This document shows positions 54,325 through 64,000 of a DNA stretch of 64,000 nucleotides, in pieces. The position numbers and the translations under genes were made by a program. Source of the DNA: Dictyostelium discoideum. Taxonomy: Eukaryota. The stretch lies in the NCBI GenBank assembly GCA_000004695.1, contig CM000153.2, positions 3,552,001-3,616,000 of the forward strand, given 5' to 3'. Positions within the stretch are counted from its first letter, which is position 1. Each line of letters opens with the position of its first letter. Under the pieces are notes generated by a model. That model had not been told where the DNA came from, ran no database searches, and was given only the letters and a program-made list of their open reading frames with translations.

Positions 54325-54965
54325 GTATCAATAATAATGATAGCAACGAACCAAATGATAATAATAATAATAATAACAATAATAATAATAACGATAATAA
54401 TAACGATAATAATAGTAACACAACACCTTTAATTTCATCAATAACCTCAACAAGTATTTTGAACGTCTCATCTACAACTGTACAACCAATATCACAACCA
54501 CAACCAATATCACAACCACCACAAACACAACCAATATCACAACCACAACCACAACCCCAACCCCAACCACAACAATCAAGTACGCCAAATATATCAAGTA
54601 TTTTAACACAAAGTCCAAAAGTAACATCATCACCTTTAAATTCAAGTATTATATTACCAAGTGGCAGTGGTAGTGGTGGTAGTAGTAGTAGTGGAAGTAG
54701 TATTAGTAAAGATAAAAAGAAAAAAGATGATATTAAACTTCAATTTGATTCTGGTAAATTTTTAACACAAAAGGAATCTAGATCCATTGAAGCCTTATCA
54801 CTTGAAAGAACTGTAAAAAATGTAACACCATCCAACTCCAATACTTCCACAACAACAACAACTACCACTACAACAACTACTACTTTTACTTCACAATCAC
54901 AAAATCAATCACCAAAAAATTCACACAGAGCAATCTCTTCATCACAAAATCCAAATTTAAATTAA
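53127..54965 (+). CDS. Tyrosine-phosphatase-like protein of the Y_phosphatase2 (Siw14/OCA, PFA-DSP) family. The invariant CX5R arginine appears to be missing (predicted pseudophosphatase). It has a long Asn/Ser/Gln-rich C-terminal extension.
   Basis: MIKSSDPLIPPFRFAIVEEGLLRGSYPTDRNFRFLKRLKLKTIVSLTP matches the family N-terminal signature PPxNF..V...LYRS..P...NF.FL..L.LKTI..L. The active-site region IHCLDGANVTGT has Cys and Gly but Val at the Arg position. The ORF-track start at 53103 lies in an upstream AT run. Confidence 0.6.
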
Positions 54966-55267
54966 AAAAAAAAAAAAATAAAATAAAATAAAATAATAAA
55001 AAAAAAATAAAAATAATAGTAAAAGAAAAGAGAGTAATAATAGTAATTAATATCTATAGATATTTTTCTTTTTCTTTTTTTTTTTTTATCTGATTTAATT
55101 TCTTTGAATTTTATATTTTTTTAATTAATTTTTGTGTGGTTTTTGAAAAGATATTTTTTTTTTTTTTTATTTTTTTTTTTATTTTTTTTTTTTTCCAATT
55201 TTCAACCATAAAAAAACAGTGTGCCCCTTTCTCAATAAACACACAAACACATAAAAATAAAAATAAA

Positions 55268-56449
55268 ATGGATATTGATAATGAAAAATCAAATAAAACT
55301 TATAAATTATATAAACAAGTATTTAATAATAAATTTTTATCAAATTCAATTTATAGAAATGTTTATAAATTTAATCAACAAATTACAGATTGTTATTCAC
55401 ATGGAAGATCATTGTTTAAATATTGTGTAAACTATCAAGAAGCAACACTTGATTGGATAATTTCAAATAAAAAATATTCATTATTATTTGATAAAATTAA
55501 ATCAAATCATTGTTTTAATAAAACTGAATTATCATTTGACCATTTAATAATAGTGATTAAACAAATAATGAATCTTGAAAATGATTGTAGTGCTAATAAT
55601 AATAATAATAATAATAATAGTGGTGAAAATGATAAAGAAAATAAAGAAACTAATTTAGAATTATTAAAACAATTTTTTAAAATTAATTCAAATAATTTAT
55701 TTAATATTAAATTAAATCATCCAAATTTAACATATTATAGAGATATTAATTTAATAGAATTTGCAATACATACACAATGTATTGAATTTTTAAAATTAGT
55801 TTATTATTATTCAAAAGATAATAAAATAATTTTTAAAAATAATGGTGGTGATAATGATGATGATGATTATTTAGATTTATCATTAAAAATTGGAAATTTA
55901 GAAATAATTAAATTTATTCATAAAGAAATGGGGATAACATGTTTTAAGGATAAATTAAAGGCATTACATTTTTCATTAATGTCTGAAAATAGAAATAAAG
56001 TAGTTGAATATCTATTAGATGAAATTAAATATCAACCACCAACACTTTATTCAGGTATTTTTGATAAATTCTTTGAAAACCTAATTCAACTTGAATTTAA
56101 ATTATTTAAAAGATTATATCAACTTGGTTCACCAATTTTATATCATAGTTATGCTATACCATATCTAATCAATGAAAAATTCAATGATACTTTAAATGAT
56201 TCAAAAATTAATTTTAAAAATAAATTACTTGATTTCATTCAATGTTCAATTTTCGTTTGTAGTTTAGGTTATTTTAATGATAAATTTAATAAAAATATTG
56301 ATTATAATTCATTATTATTAAAAATTGAAAAAATATTAAATTCAAATAATTTAGAAACTACATCATCTTCTTCATCATCATCATCCAGTACTATATTTTC
56401 AAAATTTAAAAATATATTTATTGATTCAACAAATAATAATAATAATAAA

Positions 56450-56480
<31 letters not shown>

Positions 56481-57916
56481 AAATTGATTATTTTATTGAA
56501 AAAGAAATAAAAAGAATATTTATTTTTGAATTTTTAGTACCATTAGATTTTATAAAAAGGGATGTACTTTGTATGAAGGTTATTGATTTTGCAAGAGAAT
56601 ATGGTGAATATAATTTGTTAACAAGTTCATTAGATAAATTTAAAAATCAAACTTCAATAGTTGATATATGTACTTCAATTTTAAAGATTGCAAATTTTAA
56701 TTCTGATTCAAAATTAATAAATTTTCTTGAAAATAATTATTTCAATCATAAAGAATTAGTATCATTTTTAAAAATTAATGACAAAGTTGATGAAGATACA
56801 TCATTAGTTTATTATATAAGTAATATTAATAATTATTATAATTTTGATAATAATAATAATAATAATACAAACATTAATAATAATAATAATAATAAATTTG
56901 AAAATTTATTTGATACAAAAAAAATTAAAATTCAAGATCAAATTCAATATTTATCAATAATTTTAAAAAATTCAATAAATTCTTTAATACCAAATAGAGT
57001 ATTATTACAACATATTTTATTAAATAATGAAATTGGAATTGTTTTTGAAAATATTGAACAAATAATGAATGTAATAAGTGGATATAATTCAAAAATATGG
57101 AATGAATTTTCAGAAATTTCAAAAAAGAATTTAAAGAGTGATAATTTTGAAATAGTAACCCCACCACTTGATAGGCTATTTAGTGCAGTTTTATTTGTTG
57201 GGAATAAAGAATTGTTTAAATTCATTTTTAGGAAATATAAAGATTATTTTAAATGGGATTCTCAAATTATTGGTATAAAAGTAGTAAGAAGTAATGATTT
57301 AGATTTCATTCAATTCCTATTTGATAATGATATTGGTAATTTAAAATTTTCAATTAATTTTTGTACAAATAGGGTATCGATTAAATATATGACTGAAACA
57401 TTGGGTCTATATTTTAGTGAGGATTTATTGGTTTCAATTTGTGAGAATCAAAATATTAATAATTGGAATTCAAATTATATTTTCAATTATATTTTAAATT
57501 TTAAAATTAATAATTTAAATCATTATCAATATGTCGTTATTCCTCAAACTATGAAAAATTATAAATATTGTAAATCAATTGAAATTAATATATGCAATGG
57601 TAGTTTATTATCAGAGAGAGTTAAAATAATTAATAATTCTACTCATTTCAATAGAGATACTATGGAAAAATGGTTTTTTGAAAATACTAGAAATATTGCA
57701 AAAATTATTGCACTTGGTAATTATTATCATTTAGTTGATTTACTCAATGAAATTGAACAATATTCAAACTCTTTTGTAGGTTGTAACCCAAAGTATATTT
57801 TTAAAAGATCTTATAATATTGCTCATGTAGGAATTGAATATAACCCAAAAATAAAAAATATTATAAAATCAATTTTAGAATCTTTAAATCAAATTTCTAA
57901 CATTCAATCCTGGTAA
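55268..57916 (+). CDS. Hypothetical Asn-rich protein of about 880 aa with possibly degenerate ankyrin-like helical repeats.
   Basis: A long uninterrupted ORF. MDIDNEKSNKTYKLYKQVF... is preceded by the aaaATG context. The ORF-track start at 55136 lies in a poly-T tract. Confidence 0.5.
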
Positions 57917-57956
57917 AATAATAATAATAATAAAAAAAAAAAAAAATCAATAAAAC

Positions 57957-58075
57957 CTAAGGGGAGTCACATGGAAAATAAAAAAATAAAATTAAAAAAA
58001 AAAAAAAGAGGCAACAAACCCAACGCTGCATAAAATTTCTTTTCACCACTTTAATGCTGAAATTTTTACATCCAA
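57957..58075. repeat. Copy 2 of the same ~90-bp dispersed repeat.
   Basis: See copy 1. The shared core is aagaggcRacaaacccaMc..gcNgcaYaaaattYcttttcac. Confidence 0.55.
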
Positions 58076-58115
58076 CCTTAATAAAACCAATAATATATAA
58101 AATGACCGCATTCTG

Positions 58116-58164
<49 letters not shown>

Positions 58165-58988
58165 ATAAAAGAGGATAGAATTTTTAAATAATTATTATTT
58201 ATTAATTAATTTATTTATTTAATTTTGTTAATCAATAAAATTGATTTTTTTTTTTATCTTTTATCTGATTAAAGTTAAAAAAATAATAATTTAAAAATTT
58301 AAATCTATCCTCTTTTATCATTTTACTGATTATAGGAAAATAATTTTATTTAAAAAAAAAAAATAATAGAATATTAAAAAAAAAAAAAAAATTATTATTT
58401 TTTTTGTCCCAGTATAATTTTTCATATGACAAATTGATTTCTTTTAAACTTTTTTTTTTTTTTCAAATAAAAGATTCGAACATGAAAATATTAAAATTAA
58501 TTTAAATTTAATTTTTATTTTTTTTTTTTTTTAATTTTTTTTTTTTTTTTTTTTTTTTTTTCATTTTATTTTAAAAGTTATAAATTAATTTATTAATTAA
58601 TAAAAAAAAAAAAAAAAAAAAAAAAAAAAGAAAAAGTAGCAATTGTATTGTATAGGCGTGTTACTTTAAATTTTATTTATTTATTTTATAATATTTTATT
58701 TTATTTTCCAACCCACACGTAAACCCACCCACCCTTCATATTTTTTTTAATTTTTTCTTTTATTTTTTCTTTGTTTTTTTTTTTTTTTTTTTGTTTTTTT
58801 TATTTTTATTGTTAATTTAATATTTATTTATAATATATTTATCTATTTATTTATTTTTTTTTTTTTAAAAAAAAAAAAAAACCACACACATATACATCAA
58901 ATAAACTATATAGGTTTAAACTTTTTATTTATTTGTATAATAATAAAATCATAATAATCATAATAATAATTAATATAATATATCAATA

Positions 58989-59146
58989 ATGACAGAGTTT
59001 GAAGCAATTGTCCATAAAGCTACAAACTCTAAAATTACAGCGCCAAAAAGAAAACATGTCAGATGTAAATATATATATTTATATATATATTTTTTTTTCT
59101 CAAAAATTTTGGTATAATCATTAAATAAAATTTACTAATAATAATA

Positions 59147-59178
<32 letters not shown>

Positions 59179-59728
59179 TAGCAATTGTTTTAGAATGTTA
59201 TAATGAAAATAGTGCAAGAACATTTTATATGGAATTATATAGAAGACCATTAGATACTAGTGATGTTGTTTGTTGGAAATCATTGATTACAATTCATAAG
59301 GTTGTACAAGAGGGACCAAAGAATGTATTAAGTGATACAATTAGTAGAGTTGGATGGTTTGAGAATTTGAGAGATCATTGGGCACGTTTTGATAATAGAG
59401 GATTTGGTAGATTGGTAGCAGACTATTGTACATTAATCATTGATAAAATACGTTTTCATCAAGCACATCCAGAATTTGATGGTGGATTATCCTTGGAGAA
59501 CTATAGCAAGAATCATAGACCCGAGTCAATTGAAGTTGACAAAGGTTTACAAACTGTAAATCGTTTAATGGATTTAACTGATGCTGTCTTTAGAATGCAT
59601 AATTCAATCGTATCAGCAACACCTTATAATGATTGTAAAACTTCTGCTTTCATTCCATTAGTTTTAGAATCTTATGCTATCTATATTTTAGTTGTACATT
59701 TTTTAACAAATTTAATTGATAGTAATGT

Positions 59729-59770
<42 letters not shown>

Positions 59771-62073
59771 ATGGTTATTAATATTTAAAATTTTAAATTT
59801 TAACAGAGGTTGATAATAAAGAAGTTATGGATTTTTCAATTAAAAGATTTTATGGTCAATATCAAACATTGAGAAACTTTTTTTTAAATGCAAGTGCAAT
59901 TACAAGTGTATCTAGTGTTATTGCAGTACCAAATTTACCACCAGATCCTCCAAAGTTTATTAGAAAAGTTAGAGAGGCACCAAAGGCCAAACCACAGGCA
60001 ATTCCACCACCAGTTGTAAAGGAACCACCAACACCACCACCTGAACAAATTCCAGTTCCAGTACCAACACCTGTATTCATTCGTCAAACGGTACCAGTGG
60101 TTTATGGCGCACCTTATGGTATGCAACAACAACAACAAGATAATAGTATGTGGGGTCAGTTTGGTTCCAATCAACCATTTGATCCAAATTTACAATTACA
60201 ACAACAACAAGCTGCATTATTACAACAACAACAGCTACAACAACAACAACTTTTACAACAACAACAGCTACAGCAACAGCTACAACAACAACAATTATTA
60301 CAACAACAACAAGCTGCTGCTTTGGCTGCCGCTCAGCAACAACAGCAACAACAGCAATCACCACCTCAAATTTCACCTCAATCATCAGCTCAATGGGTAA
60401 CATTTGGTGATGATGCACCAACAAGACAACGTTCAACTAGTACACCACCAGCTTTGGAAAAGAAAGAAGCATCAGTTGATAAACCAGCTTCACCACCAAA
60501 ATCAACAACAGCCAGTTCCAATACTGATAGTCAAGGAAAAACTAGAGTTATCACTAAAATCATTACAAAGACTGTCAACAATACACAAGAGATCAATGCT
60601 CTCAAAGCAAGAATTGAGGAATTGGAAAGATTACTTCAAGAGGAACAAGATAAAAATAAAGCACTCACATTGAAATTATCGGAACGTGAAGCTATGATTC
60701 AAGAGGTAACATCAGCAAGAAAGAGATTACAAGATATGAGTTCAACCAATGATAATTACACTGCCGAAGTGGTTAAACAAAATGAACAATTACGTGAACA
60801 ACTCATTGCCATCAGAGATTGGACTGAACGTACAAGACTTCAAAGATTAGAGAAAGAGTTTGGTTTGGCTGCTGGTTCAATTCAACAATATCTCTCACAA
60901 TTGGATAATCCAAACAATATGGGTAATCAAGAGGCAACTCATCAATTGGTTATCGAGGATTTGGTTAATCATTTACAACAAGCTCAACGTTTATCCGATC
61001 TTTGTAATCAAGAGGGTGATGATTTAGAAATGGATATTTTCTCTGCGGTCAATACAGTTTCAAACTCTTTGAAGAGTTTATTCTTTGATGCCAAGGGTTC
61101 ATCAAGATTAATTTTAGATCCAGAGTCACAAAGTAAATTTATGGATGCCGCAAGAAAAATTGGTGCTCTCACTCAAAATCTTTTCGAATCAATTCGACTC
61201 CAAGGTGGTCAATGTAATGATGATGAAGATCGTAAGAGATTGGCAAACAATTTTGCTTCCCTTAAAACTGGTATCAATAATTTGGATGCATTGGCTCAAC
61301 AAGCTGACGCTGAAAGAATTGAAGCCGAGAAGAAATATTTAGAGAATGGTTTTGATTTGGATGATGTTGCTGAACGTGAACTATTGGCTGCCGCTAAAAC
61401 CATTGAAGATGCTGCAAACTCATTATTGGCCGCAAAATCAAAGAGAGCTCCAAAGAAGGAGGGTGATTCACCAGATGTTGCTGAGGCAATCCTTGAGGCT
61501 GCTATGGCAATCACTGGTGCTACTTCCACATTGGTTGGTGCCGCCACTTTAGCACAAAGAGAACGTGTCGAAAAGGGTAGAACAAGTGATGGTGGTCCAC
61601 TCTATAGAAAGGATCCAACTTGGGCTGAAGGTTTAATCTCTGCTGCAAAATCTGTTGCCCAAGCCACTAAAGCTTTGGTAGATAATGCCAACAAGACAGC
61701 ATCTGGTCAAGAGATCCCAGGTGGTACAGAAGAAGCTCTCATTGCAACTTCGATGGCTGTAACTGCTGCAACTTCTCAATTGGTCTCTGCTTGTAAATCT
61801 AAATCTGATATCAATAGTCCTTCTCAACATAAACTTTCAAATGCTGCCAAATCCGTATCCAATGCAACCAATCTTTTAGTGGCTGCAGCCAAAGCTGTCG
61901 CTGCTAAAGTCGCCTCTGAAGAGGATATCGATTTCGATAAACTCACTGTCACTGGTTATAAAGTTAAAGAAATGGAACAACAAATGGCAATTCTCAGATT
62001 AGAAAAAGAATTAGAAGTCGCTAGAAAAGGTTTAAGTGTTATTAGAAAGAAACAATATGACGAAAATCAATAA
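58989..62073 (+). CDS. hipA: Hip1/Hip1R/Sla2 homolog with an N-terminal ANTH domain, central coiled coil and polyQ, and a C-terminal talin-like I/LWEQ (THATCH) domain. Exons about 58989-59064, 59182-~59730 and ~59808-62073.
   Basis: Exon 1, MTEFEAIVHKATNSKITAPKRKHVR|gtaaat. Exon 2, after aaatag, is (S)IVLECYNENSARTFYMELYRRPLDTSDVVCWKSLITIHKVVQEGPKNVLSDTISRVGWFENLRDHWARF... It is collinear with human HIP1R APVKEKHARRIILGTHHEKGAFTFW...SWKFCHVLHKVLRDGHPNVLHDCQRYRSNIREIGDLWGHL. Exon 3 is ...FSIKRFYGQYQTLRNFF (compare HEQFHSLRNFF)... The C-terminus YRKDPTWAEGLISAAKSVAQATKALVDNANK matches HIP1R YAKNSRWTEGLISASKAVGWGATQLVEAADK. The exact exon 2/3 junction is ambiguous, either GATA|gtaatg...acag|AG or GAT AGT AAT|gtattt...cagag|. 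Confidence 0.85.
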
Positions 62074-63363
62074 AAAAAAAAAATAAATAAATAAAAAATA
62101 AAACCAAAAACAAATTTTAGTAAATAAAAATAATAAAATAATTTAAAATTTTAATTTATTAATAAAAATTATAATAATTTTATGTTTAGGAAATAAATAT
62201 ATATAATTTTTTTTTTTTTCTAATTCTCTAAACCTTTAATTTTCTAATTTTCTAAATCTCTTAGAAAAAGATCTTCCAAGAAAATTTCATTAAATTTAAA
62301 AATGATTTACAATGGGTTTATATTTCATCATCCAATAGGAACCCGACAACTCTTGAACTATTATTTAATATTAATTAGTGATATAATGTATCAGATTCTT
62401 TGTTTAATTTTATTCCTACAAGGTTAGAAACTTGTTTATAATTCAAAACATTCCTAATAAATAATCTTGAAAAATTGAATTATTTTGTTATTGGCTTTTT
62501 TTTTTCTGCTTGTTTTTAAAAAAAATAAATTTTAAAGGGTTTTAATTTTTTTTTAATAATTTAAGTGATATTATTTTTTGGACAATAAATCTATTTATAG
62601 CCTTGATGGTAACTTTTTTAAACCGATTTTTGTCGAAAAAAAAAAAAAAAATAAAAAAAAAAAAAAATAATATTTGTTGATACAATATTAAAAAAAAAAA
62701 AAAAATAGATATTTATTGAATATTTTTTTATTTATTAAAATTTAACTATTTTCAACATCTTAGATCGAGATTTCTCCGGAAAGTAAATGGTGAATTAATT
62801 GAAATTTTTATTTTTTTTATTTTTTTTCCTTGAAAAATTATAAATAATAATAAAAATTTATTATTTAAAGTTTTTTTTTTTCTAAAAATATTAGACCAAA
62901 AATATTAGACCAAAACAAAGTCCATATAAAATAAAATAAAATAAAATAAAAAAGGTAACATGTTTAAAATTCACTGAACATCTCAAAAAATTATAAAAAA
63001 AAAAAAATTTTAATAGTAAAAAAAAAAAAAAAAAAATTAAAAAAAAATTAATTTTTTTTTTTTATTTTTCATTTTTTTATTTTTTTATTTTTTTATTTTT
63101 TTTGTTTTATTGTTTATATAAAAAAAAGAAAACAAGAGACAGAAAATTCTTTTTATTTTCATTAGTTTCTTTAAATTTTATTGGTTTTTTTTTTTTTTGT
63201 AATAATAATAATATTTTAAAAACAAAACAAAACAAAATAAAAAAAAAAAAAAAAAAAAAAGAATAAAAAAAACAAAAACACACACAAACCGATTTTTATT
63301 TATTTATTTTTTTTAAATGCACACTTTTTTTTTATTATAATATTTAATAGTAATAAACTAAAA

Positions 63364-64000
63364 ATGCAACAACAACAAAATCAAGAGGAGGAAGATTTTT
63401 GTAGGGTGTGTAGAAATGGTTCAACACCTGATAATCCATTATCATATCCATGCAAATGTAGTGGTTCCATCAAATACATTCACCAAAATTGTTTATTAGA
63501 GTGGATTCAACATTCAAAAAGTTCTTCATGTGAGCTATGTGGCCATCCCTTTAGATTTACTCCAAGTAATTTGATTATATACCTTTTTTTTTTTTTTGTT
63601 TAAAATATATATAACTAATAAACTTTATTTCTTTTTTTATTTTTTTTATTTTATTTTATATTTTTATTTAGTTTATTCACCAAATGCACCAGAATTTATA
63701 CCATCCCATGAATTATTTTATGAAGCATTAATTAGGTTTAAGTGGTATATTAAAAAGATATCAAGAATATTATATATTGTATTCTGTTGGTTATTTATTG
63801 TACCAACAGTAACATGTTGGATTTTTAATTTCTTTTTTGGTCAAAAATGGTTGGTACCTTTGGGAAGAGTGGTAATGGAGAATAGTGGATTCGGTAGTAG
63901 TCATCACACAGCAGTCACACTATTTTATGACTTTTTCATTGGCACAACTTTATTCTTTTGGATCATTTTAGCATCAATTGCCAGTTATATGATCATCGAT
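63364..64000 (+). CDS. RING-CH (RINGv) E3 ubiquitin ligase of the Doa10/TEB4/MARCH6 type, N-terminal part; the gene continues past the window end. Exons about 63364-63565 and 63672 to beyond 64000.
   Basis: CRVCRNGSTPDNPLSYPCKCSGSIKYIHQNCLLEWIQHSKSSSCELCGHPFRFTP|(I)YSPNAPEFIPSHELFYEALIRFKWYIKKISRILYIVFCWLFIVPTVTCWIFNFFFGQKW. Compare MARCH6 [66 protein letters not shown]. The gtaatt donor at 63566 and tatttag acceptor at 63665-63671 are in phase 1. Confidence 0.75.

Noticed and set aside
53764-54432. ORFs rich in Tyr, Leu and Ile antisense or off-frame to the phosphatase-like gene tail
   Set aside because: Homopolymer translations of the (AAT)n coding tract.
59862-60436. Several short ORFs (Gly-rich, Trp-rich, Val-rich) overlapping hipA
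   Set aside because: Alternative-frame or antisense readings of the Pro- and Gln-rich region of hipA.

Overview
This window is AT-rich amoebozoan nuclear DNA with Dictyostelium discoideum characteristics: about 75-80% AT, long poly-A/T intergenic tracts, short AT-rich GT...AG introns, and (AAT)n-encoded poly-Asn and (CAA)n poly-Gln tracts. It carries about 25 protein-coding genes, most with one to seven short introns. I re-derived exon junctions by hand because many ORF-track entries are only the largest exon of a spliced gene.

Four genes can be identified with reasonable confidence by homology:
- Nop56 (box C/D snoRNP), 30121-31854.
- eIF3 subunit i, 34013-36128 on the minus strand, whose first exon contributes only the ATG.
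- A Hip1/Sla2-type ANTH plus I/LWEQ protein (hipA-like), 58989-62073.
- The 5' part of a Doa10/MARCH6-type RING-CH E3 ligase at the right edge.

Other calls:
- A Borealin-like CPC subunit whose 21-codon first exon makes it invisible as an ORF.
- Dolichol kinase, plus a second small member of the same CTP-dependent kinase family.
- A Y_phosphatase2-like predicted pseudophosphatase.
- An FNIP-repeat protein.
- A secreted protein whose C-terminal half is built of 60-bp tandem repeats.
- A partial 3'-5' exonuclease-domain gene at the left edge.
- A cluster of three 7-TM GPCR-like paralogs on mixed strands.

The most striking structure is a 19-kb head-to-tail array of four minus-strand genes (2545-21032) encoding MacB/FtsX-type permeases. 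Each has two FtsX modules and two large extracytoplasmic domains in one polypeptide and no ATPase domain. Three of them are very similar recent duplicates.

I also report non-coding observations:
- A candidate Class I ncRNA with an upstream DUSE-like box at 22955-23091.
- A roughly 440-bp tandem segmental duplication that copied the convergent 3' ends of two genes.
- A 55-bp inverted repeat immediately 3' of one permease gene.
- A roughly 90-bp dispersed repeat present twice, 41 kb apart.
- Perfect (ATT)55 and (AAT)33 intronic microsatellites.
- A possible 35-codon two-exon mini-gene.

I found no tRNA, rRNA, CRISPR or recognisable transposon. All coordinates were indexed by hand, so individual splice sites may be off by 1-3 nt.
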